Assembly: GCF_024298765.1 (NCBI RefSeq)
Contig: NZ_CP101210.1
Direction: 5' to 3' (one strand)
Length of the DNA: 64,000 bases
From: Escherichia coli
Lineage (GTDB): Bacteria > Pseudomonadota > Gammaproteobacteria > Enterobacterales > Enterobacteriaceae
Shown: one piece after another, positions 12,672-23,570 of the stretch
How the letters are laid out: every line of letters starts with the position of its first letter
Numbering within the stretch: position 1 is the first letter of the stretch
Notes under the pieces: generated by a model
Database searches by the model: none
What the model was told of the DNA's origin: nothing
Seen by the model: only the letters and a program-made list of their open reading frames with translations
Position numbers and translations under genes: made by a program

Positions 12672-13289
12672 TTACACTTCCTCCGGATTAGCCAGATAAC
12701 CAGTGGTATCGCCGGTCGGGCGGCTGTTGGCGTTAGGTTTGATAACGATATTGGGTTTTGTGAAATGCGCGCGCGGTAGTGGCGCGACGGCAGCCAGAGT
12801 GCCGTGCTTCTGGCGCAGCTCTTCAATTGGACCGAACTCAAGTGCACGCAGCGGGCAGGATTCGACACATATGGGTTGTTTCCCCTCGGCGACGCGCGAA
12901 TAACAACCATCGCACTTCGTCATGTGTCCTTTTTCAGCATTGTACTGTGGCGCGCCGTACGGACAAGCCATGTGGCAGTAGCGGCAGCCGATACAAACAT
13001 CTTCATCAACCACCACAAAGCCATCTTCACGCTTATGCATTGCGCCGCTGGGGCAGACTTTTGTACATGCGGGGTCATCGCAATGGTTACAGGAGATGGA
13101 GAGATAATAAGCGAACACGTTCTGGTGCCAGACGCCATTATCTTCCTGCCAGTCGCCGCCAGCATATTCATAAATACGGCGGAAACTGACTTCCGGGCCA
13201 AGATCTTTAAAATCTTTGCACGCCAGTTCGCAGGTTTTACAGCCAGTACAGCGGCTGGAATCGATAAAAAATCCATATTGTGTGGTCAT
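12672..13289 (-). CDS. ynfG: 4x[4Fe-4S] electron-transfer subunit (DmsB-like)
   Basis: 205 aa with four ferredoxin Cys clusters (CTGCKTCELAC, CNHCDDPAC, CIGCRYCHMAC, CDGC). Confidence 0.93.
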   Translation of the reverse strand: MTTQYGFFIDSSRCTGCKTCELACKDFKDLGPEVSFRRIYEYAGGDWQEDNGVWHQNVFAYYLSISCNHCDDPACTKVCPSGAMHKREDGFVVVDEDVCIGCRYCHMACPYGAPQYNAEKGHMTKCDGCYSRVAEGKQPICVESCPLRALEFGPIEELRQKHGTLAAVAPLPRAHFTKPNIVIKPNANSRPTGDTTGYLANPEEV

Positions 13290-13299
13290 GGGCTACTCC

Positions 13300-15723
13300 T
13301 TAAACCTTTTCGATCTGGACAAGATTGCTGTGCGACGGGTTTCCCTTTGCCAGCGGTGAAGGGCGGTGAGAGGTCAGAATATTGATACTGCCGCCGTGAT
13401 CGACCCGGTCACCAAACATATCCGCTTTAAGCCACGCACCTTGCCCGATGGCGGTAACGCCAGGCAGAATACGCGGAGTCACTTTTGCGGCAATCAGCAT
13501 TTCTCCATTATTGTTAAATACCCGCACGGTATCGCCATGACGGATACCGCGTGCCTGAGCATCAATAGGGTTGATCCACACCTCTTGTGGGCAGGCCTGC
13601 TGTAACACATCAATATTGCCGTAGCTGGAGTGGGTACGCGCTTTGTAGTGGAAGCCCGTTAGCTGCAGTGGATAGGTTTTCCGCAGGGGATCGTCCCAGC
13701 CATCAAAACCTGGGGTATACGCAGGAAGGGGATGAATAATTTCATCTTTTTTCAATTCCCAGGTATCCGCAATCGTCGCCAGTCGTTCAGAATAAATTTC
13801 GATTTTCCCCGAAGGTGTTTTCAACGGGTTTGCCTGTGGATCTTCACGGAATGCGCGGAAAGCGACGTAGTGTTCTTCAGGGCATTTTTTCTTAAAGATC
13901 CCGGTCGTTTTCATCTCCTCGTAGTCGGGCATCTCAGGGTTACGTTCCTTCGTTTTCGCATGGAGATATTTGATCCATTCGTGCTGACTGCGGCCTTCAG
14001 TAAAGGTTTGATAAACGTCTGGTCCTAAGCGTTTGGCAACTTCGCTCAGCATCCAGTAGATGGGTTTGCGTTCAAATTTTGCTGAGGTTGCGGGTTGGGC
14101 GAGGATCACATAGCCCATATTCCCGGCAGATTCATGAGAGATAAGGTCTTCTTGCTCTGTTGGCATCAGGTCGGGCAACAGGATATCGCAATACTTAGCC
14201 GAGGCAGTAATGAAGTGGTCAATGCCAACAATCATCTCGCACTTGCTGTCATCCTGAAGCACCTCATGGGTGTGATTGATGTCGCCATGTTGATTGATCA
14301 ATGTGTTACTGGCGTAGCACCATAAAAACTTGATGGGGACATCCAGTTTTTCTTTTCCACGAACACCATCACGGGTCGCGGTCATTTCCGTACCGTGGTC
14401 GATGGCATCTGTCCATGTAAAGACGGAAATCTGCGTTTTAACAGGATTCTCAAGCATCGGGAACCATTCTACCCCCAGATCCCAGCTACCTTCGCGTACA
14501 CCTGAGTTGCCGCCGTTTATGCCGACGTTACCGGTGAGAACGGAAAGCATGGCAATAGCGCGGGACGTTTGTTCGCCGTTGGAGTGTCGTTGTGGCCCCC
14601 AACCCTGACAAATATAAGCAGGTTTTGCTGAACCGATCTCTCGTGCCAACTGGATAATTTTTTCTGCCGGTATGCTGGTGATTTTTGCTGCCCATTCCGG
14701 CGTTTTAGCTATGCCGTCAGGCCCTTCGCCCAGAATATAGGCTTTATAATGCGCGTTACGTGGTGCGTTGGCGGGCAGCGTTTTTTCATCGTAACCAACA
14801 CAATATTTGTCGAGAAATGGCTGATCGACCATGTTTTCAGTAATCAGTACCCAGGCAATCGCACAGGCCAGTGCTCCATCGGTGCCAGGGCGAATGGGCA
14901 GCCATTCATCTTCACGTCCGGCAGCTGTGTCGTTATAACGTGGATCGATGACGATCATGCGTGCATTTGAACGTTCGCGGGCTTGCTCGACGTAGTAAGT
15001 GACACCACCGCCGCTCATCCGCGTTTCTGCCGGGTTATTTCCGAACATAACGACCAGTTTCGTATTGGCGATATCATCCGGGCTGTTGCCATCATTGGCA
15101 CCGAACATATAACTCATTGCGGCACTGATTTGAGCGGTACTGTAGCTGCCATAGCGACTGAGAAAACCACCGCAAGAGTTCATCAGACGGTACGGGACGT
15201 TCGAGTTGGTGATGTTTCCGCCATCTACGCCTGTTCCGTACAGGACATGTACAGCCTCATTGCCGTATTCTTTCAGGATCCGCCGAAGATTATCACTGAT
15301 GATATCCAGGGCTTCATCCCAACTTATCCGTTCAAATTTACCTTCACCGCGCTTGCCGACACGCTTCATGGGATATTTCAACCTATCAGGATGATTCATC
15401 CGTCGGCGGATAGAGCGCCCGCGTAAACACGCTCGAACCTGATGATTACCGTAGACGTCGTCACCTGTCGTATCAGACTCCACCCAGTACACGGTGTCAT
15501 CTTTCACATGCAAACGTAACAGACAGCGGCTCCCGCAGTTAACGGTGCAGGAACTCCAGACCGCTTTCTCTTCTACCGGTGCCTCTGCCGCTCGGACCAT
15601 TTGGGAAAATGGCAGAGTGAAAGCACTGCTTGCCAGCGCGAGACTGCCAAGTGCGGAGGTTTTCATCAGACTTCTACGGCTGATTTCAGCCTTCATGAGC
15701 GCCTCTGTGGTATGGATTTTCAT
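13300..15723 (-). CDS. ynfF: Tat-exported molybdopterin oxidoreductase catalytic subunit (DmsA paralogue)
   Basis: Twin-arginine signal SRRSLMKT and N-terminal Cys cluster CTVNCGSRC. Start is the second of two adjacent ATGs (15726 is also possible). About 807 aa. Confidence 0.9.
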   Translation of the reverse strand: MKIHTTEALMKAEISRRSLMKTSALGSLALASSAFTLPFSQMVRAAEAPVEEKAVWSSCTVNCGSRCLLRLHVKDDTVYWVESDTTGDDVYGNHQVRACLRGRSIRRRMNHPDRLKYPMKRVGKRGEGKFERISWDEALDIISDNLRRILKEYGNEAVHVLYGTGVDGGNITNSNVPYRLMNSCGGFLSRYGSYSTAQISAAMSYMFGANDGNSPDDIANTKLVVMFGNNPAETRMSGGGVTYYVEQARERSNARMIVIDPRYNDTAAGREDEWLPIRPGTDGALACAIAWVLITENMVDQPFLDKYCVGYDEKTLPANAPRNAHYKAYILGEGPDGIAKTPEWAAKITSIPAEKIIQLAREIGSAKPAYICQGWGPQRHSNGEQTSRAIAMLSVLTGNVGINGGNSGVREGSWDLGVEWFPMLENPVKTQISVFTWTDAIDHGTEMTATRDGVRGKEKLDVPIKFLWCYASNTLINQHGDINHTHEVLQDDSKCEMIVGIDHFITASAKYCDILLPDLMPTEQEDLISHESAGNMGYVILAQPATSAKFERKPIYWMLSEVAKRLGPDVYQTFTEGRSQHEWIKYLHAKTKERNPEMPDYEEMKTTGIFKKKCPEEHYVAFRAFREDPQANPLKTPSGKIEIYSERLATIADTWELKKDEIIHPLPAYTPGFDGWDDPLRKTYPLQLTGFHYKARTHSSYGNIDVLQQACPQEVWINPIDAQARGIRHGDTVRVFNNNGEMLIAAKVTPRILPGVTAIGQGAWLKADMFGDRVDHGGSINILTSHRPSPLAKGNPSHSNLVQIEKV

Positions 15724-15783
15724 CATTACTCACTTATTGCTTTTCAAACAAAATGTCATGCCAGAATTTATGGTTGTAGTGGG

Positions 15784-18210
15784 TTATATTTTTTCGATCT
15801 CGACCAGATTAGTGTGCTGCGGGTTTCCCTTCGCCAGTGGTGAAGGGCGCAGAGTGGTTAGCGTATTCACACAGCCGCCATGGTCGATTTTATCGCCAGA
15901 CATATTGGCCTCGTGCCAGGCTCCCTGGCCCATAGCGCTAACCCCAGGGAGAATGCGTGGTGTCACTTTGGCTGGTAGCCGAACTTCGCCACGATGGTTA
16001 TACACCCGCACCATATCGCCGTTGGCAATCCCACGTTTCTGTGCGTCAATAGGGTTGATCCACACCTCCTGACGGCAGGCAGCCTTCAGGACATCAATGT
16101 TGCCGTAGGTCGAGTGAGTACGGGATTTGTAATGGAAACCAAACAGTTGCAGTGGAAAAGTACTACGTTCAGGGGAGTCCCAGCCTTCAAAGGTTGAGGC
16201 ATAAACCGGCAGTGGGCTTATCACTTCATCTTTTTCCAGTTCCCAGGTACGGGCAATTTCCGCCAGCTTGCTGGAATAAATTTCAATCTTACCGGAAGGC
16301 GTTTTAAGTGGATTTGCCTCGGGGTCGTCACGAAATGCTTTGTAGGCGACAAAATGACCATTGGGATCTTTACGCTTATAGATACCCATTTTTTTCAGTT
16401 CGTCGTAAGACGGTAACGCCGGATCTTTGGCAAGCATTTTGGCGTACAGATGTTGTAACCATTGTTCCTGCGTGCGACCTTCTGTGAACTTTTGATAGAC
16501 GTCAGGTCCAAGACGTTTCGCGACCTCACTCAGGATCCAGTAAATCGGTTTGCGTTCGAATTTTTCGCTGGTGACTGGCTGAAGGAAAATGAGATATCCC
16601 ATGTTACCGGCGTAGTCGTTAGGAATAATATCTTCCTGCTCAACGGTCATCAGGTCTGGCAGCAGAATGTCGGCATATTTTGCCGATGAGGTCATAAAGT
16701 TTTCGATGACCACAATCATTTCGCATTTCGATTCGTCCTGCAGAATTTCATGCGTTTTGTTGATGTCAGAATGCTGATTAACCAGGGTATTTCCCGCGTA
16801 GTTCCAGATGAACTTAATGGGCACATCCAGTTTATCTTTGCCCCGGACGCCGTCGCGGATTGCCGTCATTTGCGGGCCATGATCGATAGCATCCGTCCAG
16901 CTGAAGCAGGAGATTGACGTTTTGACCGGATTATCCAGCACCGGCAGGCGTTCTATGGTAATGGTATAGGTCGATTCACGCGCGCCACTATTCCCGCCGC
17001 TGATGCCGACATTGCCCGTCAGAATAGGCAACATCGCAATAGCGCGTGCAGTCAGCTCGCCGTTTGCCTGGCGTTGCGGTCCCCAGCCCTGGCAGATATA
17101 AGCGGGTTTTGCTGTGCCAATTTCACGCGCCAGTTTGATGATACGGTCCACCGGGATACCGGTAATTTGCGAAGCCCACTGCGGCGTTTTCGCTGTTTTG
17201 TCGTCTCCTTCACCAAGAATATAGGCTTTATAGTGACCATTTTTTGGTGCATCTGCGGGTAAGGTTTTTTCGTCATAGCCGACGCAGTATTTATCGAGAA
17301 AAGGTTGATCAACGAGATTTTCGTTAATCAATACCCAGGCAATACCCGCAACCAGCGCGGCATCGGTGCCCGGGCGAATAGGAAGCCATTCGTCTTCACG
17401 ACCGGCAGCCGTATCGGTATATCGCGGATCGATAACAATCATTTTTGCGTTCGATTTCTCGCGCGCTTTTTCAAGAAGATAAGTGATGCCACCACCGCTC
17501 ATGCGGGTTTCTGCCGGGTTGTTACCAAACATCACGACCAGCTTGCTGTTTTCAATATCCGTTGTGCTGTTGCCATCATTACTGCCGTAGGTGTAGGGCA
17601 TGGCACAGGAGATTTGCGCGGTGCTGTAGGAGCCATACTGGTTGAGTGAACCGCCGTAGCAGTTCATCAGGCGTTTGACCGCCGAGGCGGATGGCGAAGA
17701 GCGGGTCATATTGCCGCCAACAATCCCCGAAGAGTACTGAATATATACAGCCTCATTGCCATATTGTTCGACGGTTTTTTTCAGGCTACTGGCGATAGTA
17801 TCCAGGGCTTCATCCCAGCTAATCCGTTCGAATTTGCCTTCGCCGCGTTTGCCCACGCGTTTCATTGGGTAATTCAAGCGGTCGGGATGATTAATACGCC
17901 GACGGATGGAGCGACCGCGCAAACAGGCGCGTACTTGATGATTGCCATACTCATCGCTGCCGGTGTTGTCAGTTTCCACCCAGGTCACTTCATTATCTTT
18001 AACATGTAGACGAAGTGCACAGCGGCTACCACAGTTGACGGAACAGGCACCCCAGACCACTTTTTCGCTGGCTTGTTGTACCGCTGCCGCTGCACTGCGC
18101 AGGGTGAACGGTAAAGAAAAACCGCCTGCAGCCAGCGCCAGAGAACCTATCGCGGTAGATTTAACGAGTGTTCTGCGGCTGATGCCCACCATTTGTTCAT
18201 TTTTGGACAT
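15784..18210 (-). CDS. ynfE: Tat-exported molybdopterin oxidoreductase (selenate reductase) catalytic subunit
   Basis: 808 aa. Twin-arginine signal SRRTLVKS and CSVNCGSRC. Tandem paralogue of ynfF. Confidence 0.92.
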   Translation of the reverse strand: MSKNEQMVGISRRTLVKSTAIGSLALAAGGFSLPFTLRSAAAAVQQASEKVVWGACSVNCGSRCALRLHVKDNEVTWVETDNTGSDEYGNHQVRACLRGRSIRRRINHPDRLNYPMKRVGKRGEGKFERISWDEALDTIASSLKKTVEQYGNEAVYIQYSSGIVGGNMTRSSPSASAVKRLMNCYGGSLNQYGSYSTAQISCAMPYTYGSNDGNSTTDIENSKLVVMFGNNPAETRMSGGGITYLLEKAREKSNAKMIVIDPRYTDTAAGREDEWLPIRPGTDAALVAGIAWVLINENLVDQPFLDKYCVGYDEKTLPADAPKNGHYKAYILGEGDDKTAKTPQWASQITGIPVDRIIKLAREIGTAKPAYICQGWGPQRQANGELTARAIAMLPILTGNVGISGGNSGARESTYTITIERLPVLDNPVKTSISCFSWTDAIDHGPQMTAIRDGVRGKDKLDVPIKFIWNYAGNTLVNQHSDINKTHEILQDESKCEMIVVIENFMTSSAKYADILLPDLMTVEQEDIIPNDYAGNMGYLIFLQPVTSEKFERKPIYWILSEVAKRLGPDVYQKFTEGRTQEQWLQHLYAKMLAKDPALPSYDELKKMGIYKRKDPNGHFVAYKAFRDDPEANPLKTPSGKIEIYSSKLAEIARTWELEKDEVISPLPVYASTFEGWDSPERSTFPLQLFGFHYKSRTHSTYGNIDVLKAACRQEVWINPIDAQKRGIANGDMVRVYNHRGEVRLPAKVTPRILPGVSAMGQGAWHEANMSGDKIDHGGCVNTLTTLRPSPLAKGNPQHTNLVEIEKI

Positions 18211-18309
18211 AACTCACTCCCTGTTCTTTATCGTTATATAAAAGTTTATATATTGAATATTTAGCGCGCTAACAATAGAGGGAGTCTACCTATTTTGGGT
18301 TAAGAATTA

Positions 18310-18323
18310 TTAATCCATATCAA
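18310..18323. promoter_or_regulatory. candidate FNR box upstream of ynfE
   Basis: TTAAT-CCAT-ATCAA matches 9 of 10 positions of TTGAT-N4-ATCAA. Centred about 106 bp upstream of the ynfE ATG. The ynfEFGH operon is known to be anaerobically induced. Confidence 0.4.
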
Positions 18324-18408
18324 TAGAAGGGTATGAGTAATAAGGTGGGATTATGTTGTATATTCAAATCGCCGGATGTGTCGTATCCGGCGTGCAGTCG
18401 ATAATGTA

Positions 18409-18714
18409 TTACTGCGGTTCGGCAGGCGCGCCATCCTGGGTAGACTGCGCGGGAGCAGAGACGTTACCGCTGGTGGTGCGGGTGTAGAGAATTTTATGCG
18501 TATCATTAGCGCAATGCCCGACGACCTGGGAATCAGGCTGATCAACCTGGTCATTGGGTACAATACTTAACGTGAAGCTGCTTTCGGGTACGCCATTATT
18601 GATAATGCGCTGTGATATATCGCTCTGTATGCGCTCACAGGATCCCGGCGCGGCGAGTACCGCGGGTGAGGCGAGGGCGAGCAGAAGCGCGGCACAGCAG
18701 GTTGAGCGTTTCAT
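18409..18714 (-). CDS. ynfD: DUF1161 periplasmic protein
   Basis: Start at MKRSTCCAALLLALASPAVLA (signal peptide), Met15 of the track ORF, giving 101 aa. Confidence 0.85.
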   Translation of the reverse strand: MKRSTCCAALLLALASPAVLAAPGSCERIQSDISQRIINNGVPESSFTLSIVPNDQVDQPDSQVVGHCANDTHKILYTRTTSGNVSAPAQSTQDGAPAEPQ

Positions 18715-18821
18715 CATAAGCTCCTTACGCGAAGATAACTTCTTTAAGCATAGCATTTAACGTGTAAAGTACTGTATTTGCTACTATGATTGAGAATCAT
18801 CTCTACTCTCTGGTGACTGTT

Positions 18822-19532
18822 GTGAAATACAAATTACTGCCATGCTTACTCGCGATATTCCTCACAGGATGTGACCGCACAGAGGTAACACTTTCATTTA
18901 CCCCTGAGATGGCCAGTTTCTCTAATGAATTCGATTTTGATCCGCTGTGTGGTCCGGTAAAAGATTTCACTCAGACATTAATGGATGAGCAAGGTGAAGT
19001 GACGAAACGTGTTTCGGGGACTTTGTCGGAAGAAGGCTGTTTTGATTCACTCGAATTACTGGATCTGGAAAATAATACCGTGGTTGCCCTGGTACTGGAC
19101 GCCAATTATTACCGTGATGCCCAGACACTGGAGAAGAGAGTTCGTTTGCAGGGAAAATGCCAGCTAGCAGAATTACCTTCTGCCGGGGTGAGCTGGGAAA
19201 CCGATGATAATGGCTTTGTGATTAAAGCCAGCAGCAAACAGATGCAGATGGAATATCGCTATGATGATCAGGGGTATCCGCTGGGTAAAACCACGAAAAG
19301 TAACGACAAAACATTATCTGTCAGCGCTACGCCATCAACGGATCCGATCAAAAAATTAGATTACACAGCGGTTACTTTACTGAATAATCAAAGGGTTGGT
19401 AATGTAAAACAGAGCTGTGAATATGACAGTCACGCCAATCCGGTGGACTGTCAGCTAATCATTGTTGATGAAGGAGTAAAACCCGCCGTCGAACGGGTTT
19501 ACACCATCAAAAATACTATCGATTATTATTAA
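18822..19532 (+). CDS. ynfC: UPF0257 lipoprotein
   Basis: GTG start at 18822 gives (M)KYKLLPCLLAIFLTGC with lipobox LTGC, 236 aa. Confidence 0.85.
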   Translation: MKYKLLPCLLAIFLTGCDRTEVTLSFTPEMASFSNEFDFDPLCGPVKDFTQTLMDEQGEVTKRVSGTLSEEGCFDSLELLDLENNTVVALVLDANYYRDAQTLEKRVRLQGKCQLAELPSAGVSWETDDNGFVIKASSKQMQMEYRYDDQGYPLGKTTKSNDKTLSVSATPSTDPIKKLDYTAVTLLNNQRVGNVKQSCEYDSHANPVDCQLIIVDEGVKPAVERVYTIKNTIDYY

Positions 19533-19534
19533 TG

Positions 19535-20095
19535 CTATTGTGCGGTCGGCTTCAGGAGAGTCTGACCCGGTGTTTTGTGCTCTGCCAGATACTGATGCTG
19601 GAATATGCACATGCGAATGGCATTACGATATTGACCATTAATAAAGAACTCATGCATCAATTCACCTTCAACCGTAAAGCCAAGCTTGCGGTAAATGTGA
19701 ATCGCTTTTTCATTCTCTTTATCGACGATCAGATACAGCTTATAGAGATTGAGAACGGTGAAGCCATAGTCCATTGCTAATTTTGCGGCACGCGTTGCCA
19801 GACCTTTCCCCTGATATTCCGGGGAGATAATTATCTGAAATTCTGCGCGGCGATGAACATGGTTAATTTCCACCAGCTCCACCAGACCGGCTTTTTCGCC
19901 GTCACATTCCACCACAAAGCGCCGTTCGCTCTGATCGTGAATATGCTTATCGTACAGATCAGAGAGTTCAACAAAGGCTTCGTAGGGTTCCTCAAACCAG
20001 TAACGCATCACACTGGCGTTATTGTCGAGTTGATGTACATAGCGTAAATCTTCACGCTCCAGCGGGCGTAGCTTAACACTGTGGGCGCTTGGCAT
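19535..20095 (-). CDS. speG: spermidine N1-acetyltransferase (GNAT)
   Basis: 186 aa; GNAT fold motifs; conserved position. Confidence 0.93.
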   Translation of the reverse strand: MPSAHSVKLRPLEREDLRYVHQLDNNASVMRYWFEEPYEAFVELSDLYDKHIHDQSERRFVVECDGEKAGLVELVEINHVHRRAEFQIIISPEYQGKGLATRAAKLAMDYGFTVLNLYKLYLIVDKENEKAIHIYRKLGFTVEGELMHEFFINGQYRNAIRMCIFQHQYLAEHKTPGQTLLKPTAQ

Positions 20096-20129
20096 AACGT
20101 GTCCTTACATTCCTTAAATCAATAACAGG

Positions 20130-20471
20130 TTAGGGGGTAATAACGCGGCCAGTTCGACGGTCCAGGCAGCGCAAAGTATTTGGCTCCCAGTAGGCATTGA
20201 TGTTGGCGCTTTGCTCACATTTATCGCGGTTATCAAAAGCAGCGTCGGCTTTATCCCACTCTTTTTCAGTGCGTTTATTCACTTTCTGGCGCAGATTACG
20301 CGTGTCATTCCATTGCTCTTTTTCCATAGCGGCGCGCTGGCGGCTTTGTGCACTGTCGCCAGACTCAATCACCAGTTTGTTATTTTCGGCATGAACAGTT
20401 GTGCTCAATGCCAGTGCGCAAGGCAGCAGAAAAGCGAGCAGGCCGATTCGTTTGCTGAGAGTGATTTTCAT
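20130..20471 (-). CDS. ynfB: UPF0482 secreted protein
   Basis: 113 aa; signal peptide [28 protein letters not shown]. Confidence 0.88.
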   Translation of the reverse strand: MKITLSKRIGLLAFLLPCALALSTTVHAENNKLVIESGDSAQSRQRAAMEKEQWNDTRNLRQKVNKRTEKEWDKADAAFDNRDKCEQSANINAYWEPNTLRCLDRRTGRVITP

Positions 20472-20605
20472 AATTCATTCCCTGTATGAATGATTAAAGC
20501 TGATTCTACACCATCCACTGCGAACGCAAAACGTTCAAGGAGGGTGTTTATATTGATGATATTATGTCGCCCTATAACTATACGTGATGTCAATAAGTGA
20601 CAAAG

Positions 20606-20932
20606 ATGATTAAAACAACGTTACTATTTTTTGCTACTGCGCTGTGTGAAATTATTGGATGCTTTCTGCCCTGGTTGTGGTTAAAACGAAACGCCAGTAT
20701 CTGGCTGTTGCTTCCGGCGGGGATTTCACTGGCGCTGTTTGTCTGGTTGTTAACGTTGCATCCTGCGGCGAGTGGGCGTGTTTACGCCGCTTATGGTGGC
20801 GTTTATGTCTGCACGGCGTTGATGTGGCTGCGCGTTGTGGATGGCGTGAAACTGAGTCTTTATGACTGGACGGGGGCGTTGATTGCGCTTTGCGGCATGT
20901 TGATCATTGTTGCGGGCTGGGGGCGCACGTAG
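20606..20932 (+). CDS. ynfA: UPF0060 small membrane protein
   Basis: ATG at 20606 ([18 protein letters not shown]), 108 aa, 4 TM segments. Confidence 0.88.
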   Translation: MIKTTLLFFATALCEIIGCFLPWLWLKRNASIWLLLPAGISLALFVWLLTLHPAASGRVYAAYGGVYVCTALMWLRVVDGVKLSLYDWTGALIALCGMLIIVAGWGRT

Positions 20933-21137
20933 GAATATAAATCCCTTTTATCAATAAGATACGAGGATGTGTCAGCTGACAAAAGGTATTCTATTTCATC
21001 TTTTGTCAACCATTCACGGCGCAAATATACGCCTTTTTTTGTGATCACTCCGGCTTTTTTTGATCTTCATACTTGTATGGTAGTAGCTCAGTTGCGTAGA
21101 TTTCATGCATCACGACAAGCGATGCAAGGAATCGAAC

Positions 21138-22352
21138 ATGAAGATCGTAAAGGCTGAAGTTTTTGTTACCTGTCCGGGGCGTAATTTCGTCACATTAAAA
21201 ATCACCACTGAGGACGGTATTACGGGCCTTGGGGATGCCACCCTAAATGGACGTGAGCTTTCCGTGGCCTCTTATTTGCAGGATCACCTTTGTCCGCAGC
21301 TTATTGGTCGCGATGCACACCGTATCGAAGATATCTGGCAGTTTTTCTATAAAGGTGCTTACTGGCGTCGCGGCCCGGTGACGATGTCGGCCATTTCAGC
21401 GGTTGATATGGCGCTGTGGGATATTAAAGCCAAAGCTGCCAACATGCCGCTTTACCAGTTACTCGGCGGCGCGTCTCGTGAAGGGGTGATGGTTTATTGC
21501 CATACCACCGGTCACAGTATTGATGAAGCTCTGGATGATTATGCTCGTCATCAGGAGCTGGGATTCAAAGCCATCCGCGTGCAGTGCGGAATCCCTGGTA
21601 TGAAAACCACCTACGGCATGTCGAAAGGTAAAGGTCTGGCTTATGAACCCGCAACTAAAGGACAGTGGCCGGAAGAGCAGCTGTGGTCGACGGAGAAATA
21701 CCTCGATTTCATGCCGAAATTGTTTGACGCGGTACGTAACAAGTTTGGTTTTAATGAACATTTGCTGCATGACATGCACCATCGCTTAACGCCTATTGAA
21801 GCGGCGCGCTTTGGTAAAAGCATTGAAGATTATCGCATGTTCTGGATGGAAGACCCGACGCCTGCGGAAAACCAGGAATGCTTCCGTCTCATTCGCCAAC
21901 ATACCGTCACACCCATCGCGGTGGGTGAAGTCTTCAACAGCATCTGGGACTGCAAGCAACTGATTGAAGAGCAACTTATCGATTATATCCGTACCACGCT
22001 GACCCATGCAGGCGGAATTACCGGTATGCGCCGGATTGCCGATTTTGCTTCGCTGTATCAGGTACGTACTGGCTCACACGGTCCTTCCGATTTGTCACCA
22101 GTCTGCATGGCTGCGGCGCTGCACTTTGATCTGTGGGTCCCCAATTTCGGTGTCCAGGAGTACATGGGTTATTCCGAACAAATGCTTGAAGTCTTCCCGC
22201 ACAACTGGACTTTCGATAACGGCTATATGCATCCGGGAGACAAACCGGGTCTTGGCATCGAATTCGATGAAAAGCTGGCGGCGAAATATCCCTATGAACC
22301 TGCTTATCTGCCAGTCGCACGTCTGGAAGATGGCACGCTGTGGAACTGGTAA
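21138..22352 (+). CDS. rspA: enolase-superfamily starvation-sensing protein (mannonate-dehydratase-like)
   Basis: Start at [21 protein letters not shown] (Met12 of the track ORF), giving 404 aa. Confidence 0.92.
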
Positions 22353-22363
22353 GGAGTAAGATA

Positions 22364-23383
22364 ATGAAAAGCATTTTAATTGAAAAACCGAATCAACTGG
22401 CAATTATCGAACGCGAAATACCCACCCCGTCAGCGGGTGAAGTACGAGTAAAAGTGAAACTTGCCGGAATTTGTGGTTCAGATAGCCATATTTATCGTGG
22501 GCATAATCCTTTTGCGAAATATCCGCGCGTCATTGGTCATGAATTCTTTGGCGTCATTGATGCAGTGGGTGAAGGCGTGGAAAGCGCCAGAGTCGGTGAA
22601 CGCGTTGCTGTCGATCCGGTGGTCAGCTGTGGGCATTGCTATCCGTGCTCTATAGGTAAGCCGAACGTTTGTACGACACTGGCTGTATTAGGTGTGCACG
22701 CTGACGGTGGTTTCAGTGAATATGCCGTGGTTCCGGCAAAAAATGCGTGGAAAATTCCTGAAGCAGTGGCCGATCAATATGCGGTGATGATCGAACCTTT
22801 TACCATTGCGGCTAACGTTACCGGTCATGGTCAACCGACTGAAAATGATACCGTTCTGGTTTACGGTGCCGGTCCAATCGGCCTGACGATCGTTCAGGTA
22901 TTAAAAGGCGTCTATAACGTTAAAAATGTGATTGTTGCCGATCGCATTGATGAACGACTGGAAAAAGCGAAAGAGAGCGGGGCAGACTGGGCGATTAATA
23001 ACAGCCAGACACCGCTTGGCGAGAGTTTCGCTGAAAAAGGCATCAAGCCGACATTAATTATCGATGCGGCTTGTCATCCTTCTATCCTGAAAGAGGCTGT
23101 AACGCTGGCTTCTCCAGCGGCACGTATTGTATTGATGGGCTTCTCCAGTGAACCGTCTGAAGTGATTCAGCAAGGAATTACCGGAAAAGAACTCTCTATT
23201 TTCTCTTCACGCTTAAATGCAAATAAATTTCCGGTCGTTATCGACTGGTTAAGTAAAGGGTTAATTAAACCAGAAAAATTAATTACCCATACGTTTGATT
23301 TCCAGCATGTTGCTGATGCCATTAGTTTATTTGAACAGGATCAAAAACATTGCTGCAAAGTCTTACTCACTTTTTCTGAATAA
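22364..23383 (+). CDS. rspB: Zn-dependent alcohol/polyol dehydrogenase
   Basis: Start at MKSILIEKPNQL (ATG 22364, RBS AAGGAG), giving 339 aa. Motifs GICGSDSH and GHEFFG. Confidence 0.92.
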   Translation: MKSILIEKPNQLAIIEREIPTPSAGEVRVKVKLAGICGSDSHIYRGHNPFAKYPRVIGHEFFGVIDAVGEGVESARVGERVAVDPVVSCGHCYPCSIGKPNVCTTLAVLGVHADGGFSEYAVVPAKNAWKIPEAVADQYAVMIEPFTIAANVTGHGQPTENDTVLVYGAGPIGLTIVQVLKGVYNVKNVIVADRIDERLEKAKESGADWAINNSQTPLGESFAEKGIKPTLIIDAACHPSILKEAVTLASPAARIVLMGFSSEPSEVIQQGITGKELSIFSSRLNANKFPVVIDWLSKGLIKPEKLITHTFDFQHVADAISLFEQDQKHCCKVLLTFSE

Positions 23384-23440
23384 TACCAATAACGGCGAGT
23401 AAGTAGTACGCATCTTACCTCTTTTTTAGAGATAACCATT

Positions 23441-23569
23441 ATGACAATAGAAAAACACGAAAGAAGCACTAAGGATTTGGTGAAAGCAGCAGTATCGGGA
23501 TGGCTGGGCACTGCGCTTGAATTTATGGATTTCAAGAGTCATACGTGTCAACTATTTGATAAATATTAA
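23441..23569 (+). pseudogene. ydfJ: 5' fragment of MFS transporter ydfJ, disrupted by prophage insertion
   Basis: MTIEKHERSTKDLVKAAVSGWLGTALEFMDF matches the YdfJ N-terminus as I recall it. After codon 31 (about nt 23533) it continues into 11 unrelated codons (KSHTCQLFDKY) and a stop that abuts the integrase stop. Confidence 0.8.
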
Positions 23570-23570
23570 A

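Noticed and set aside
11816-12910. 364-aa version of ynfH from the track
   Set aside because: The first 80 codons overlap ynfG in another frame and are non-membrane junk. Met81 gives the known 284-aa protein.
12779-13385. 136-aa and 193-aa plus-strand ORFs
   Set aside because: Antisense to ynfG and the ynfF 3' end. No RBS, and Arg-rich composition.
15494-16072. 192-aa plus-strand ORF spanning the ynfF/ynfE junction
   Set aside because: Antisense to two well-supported genes.
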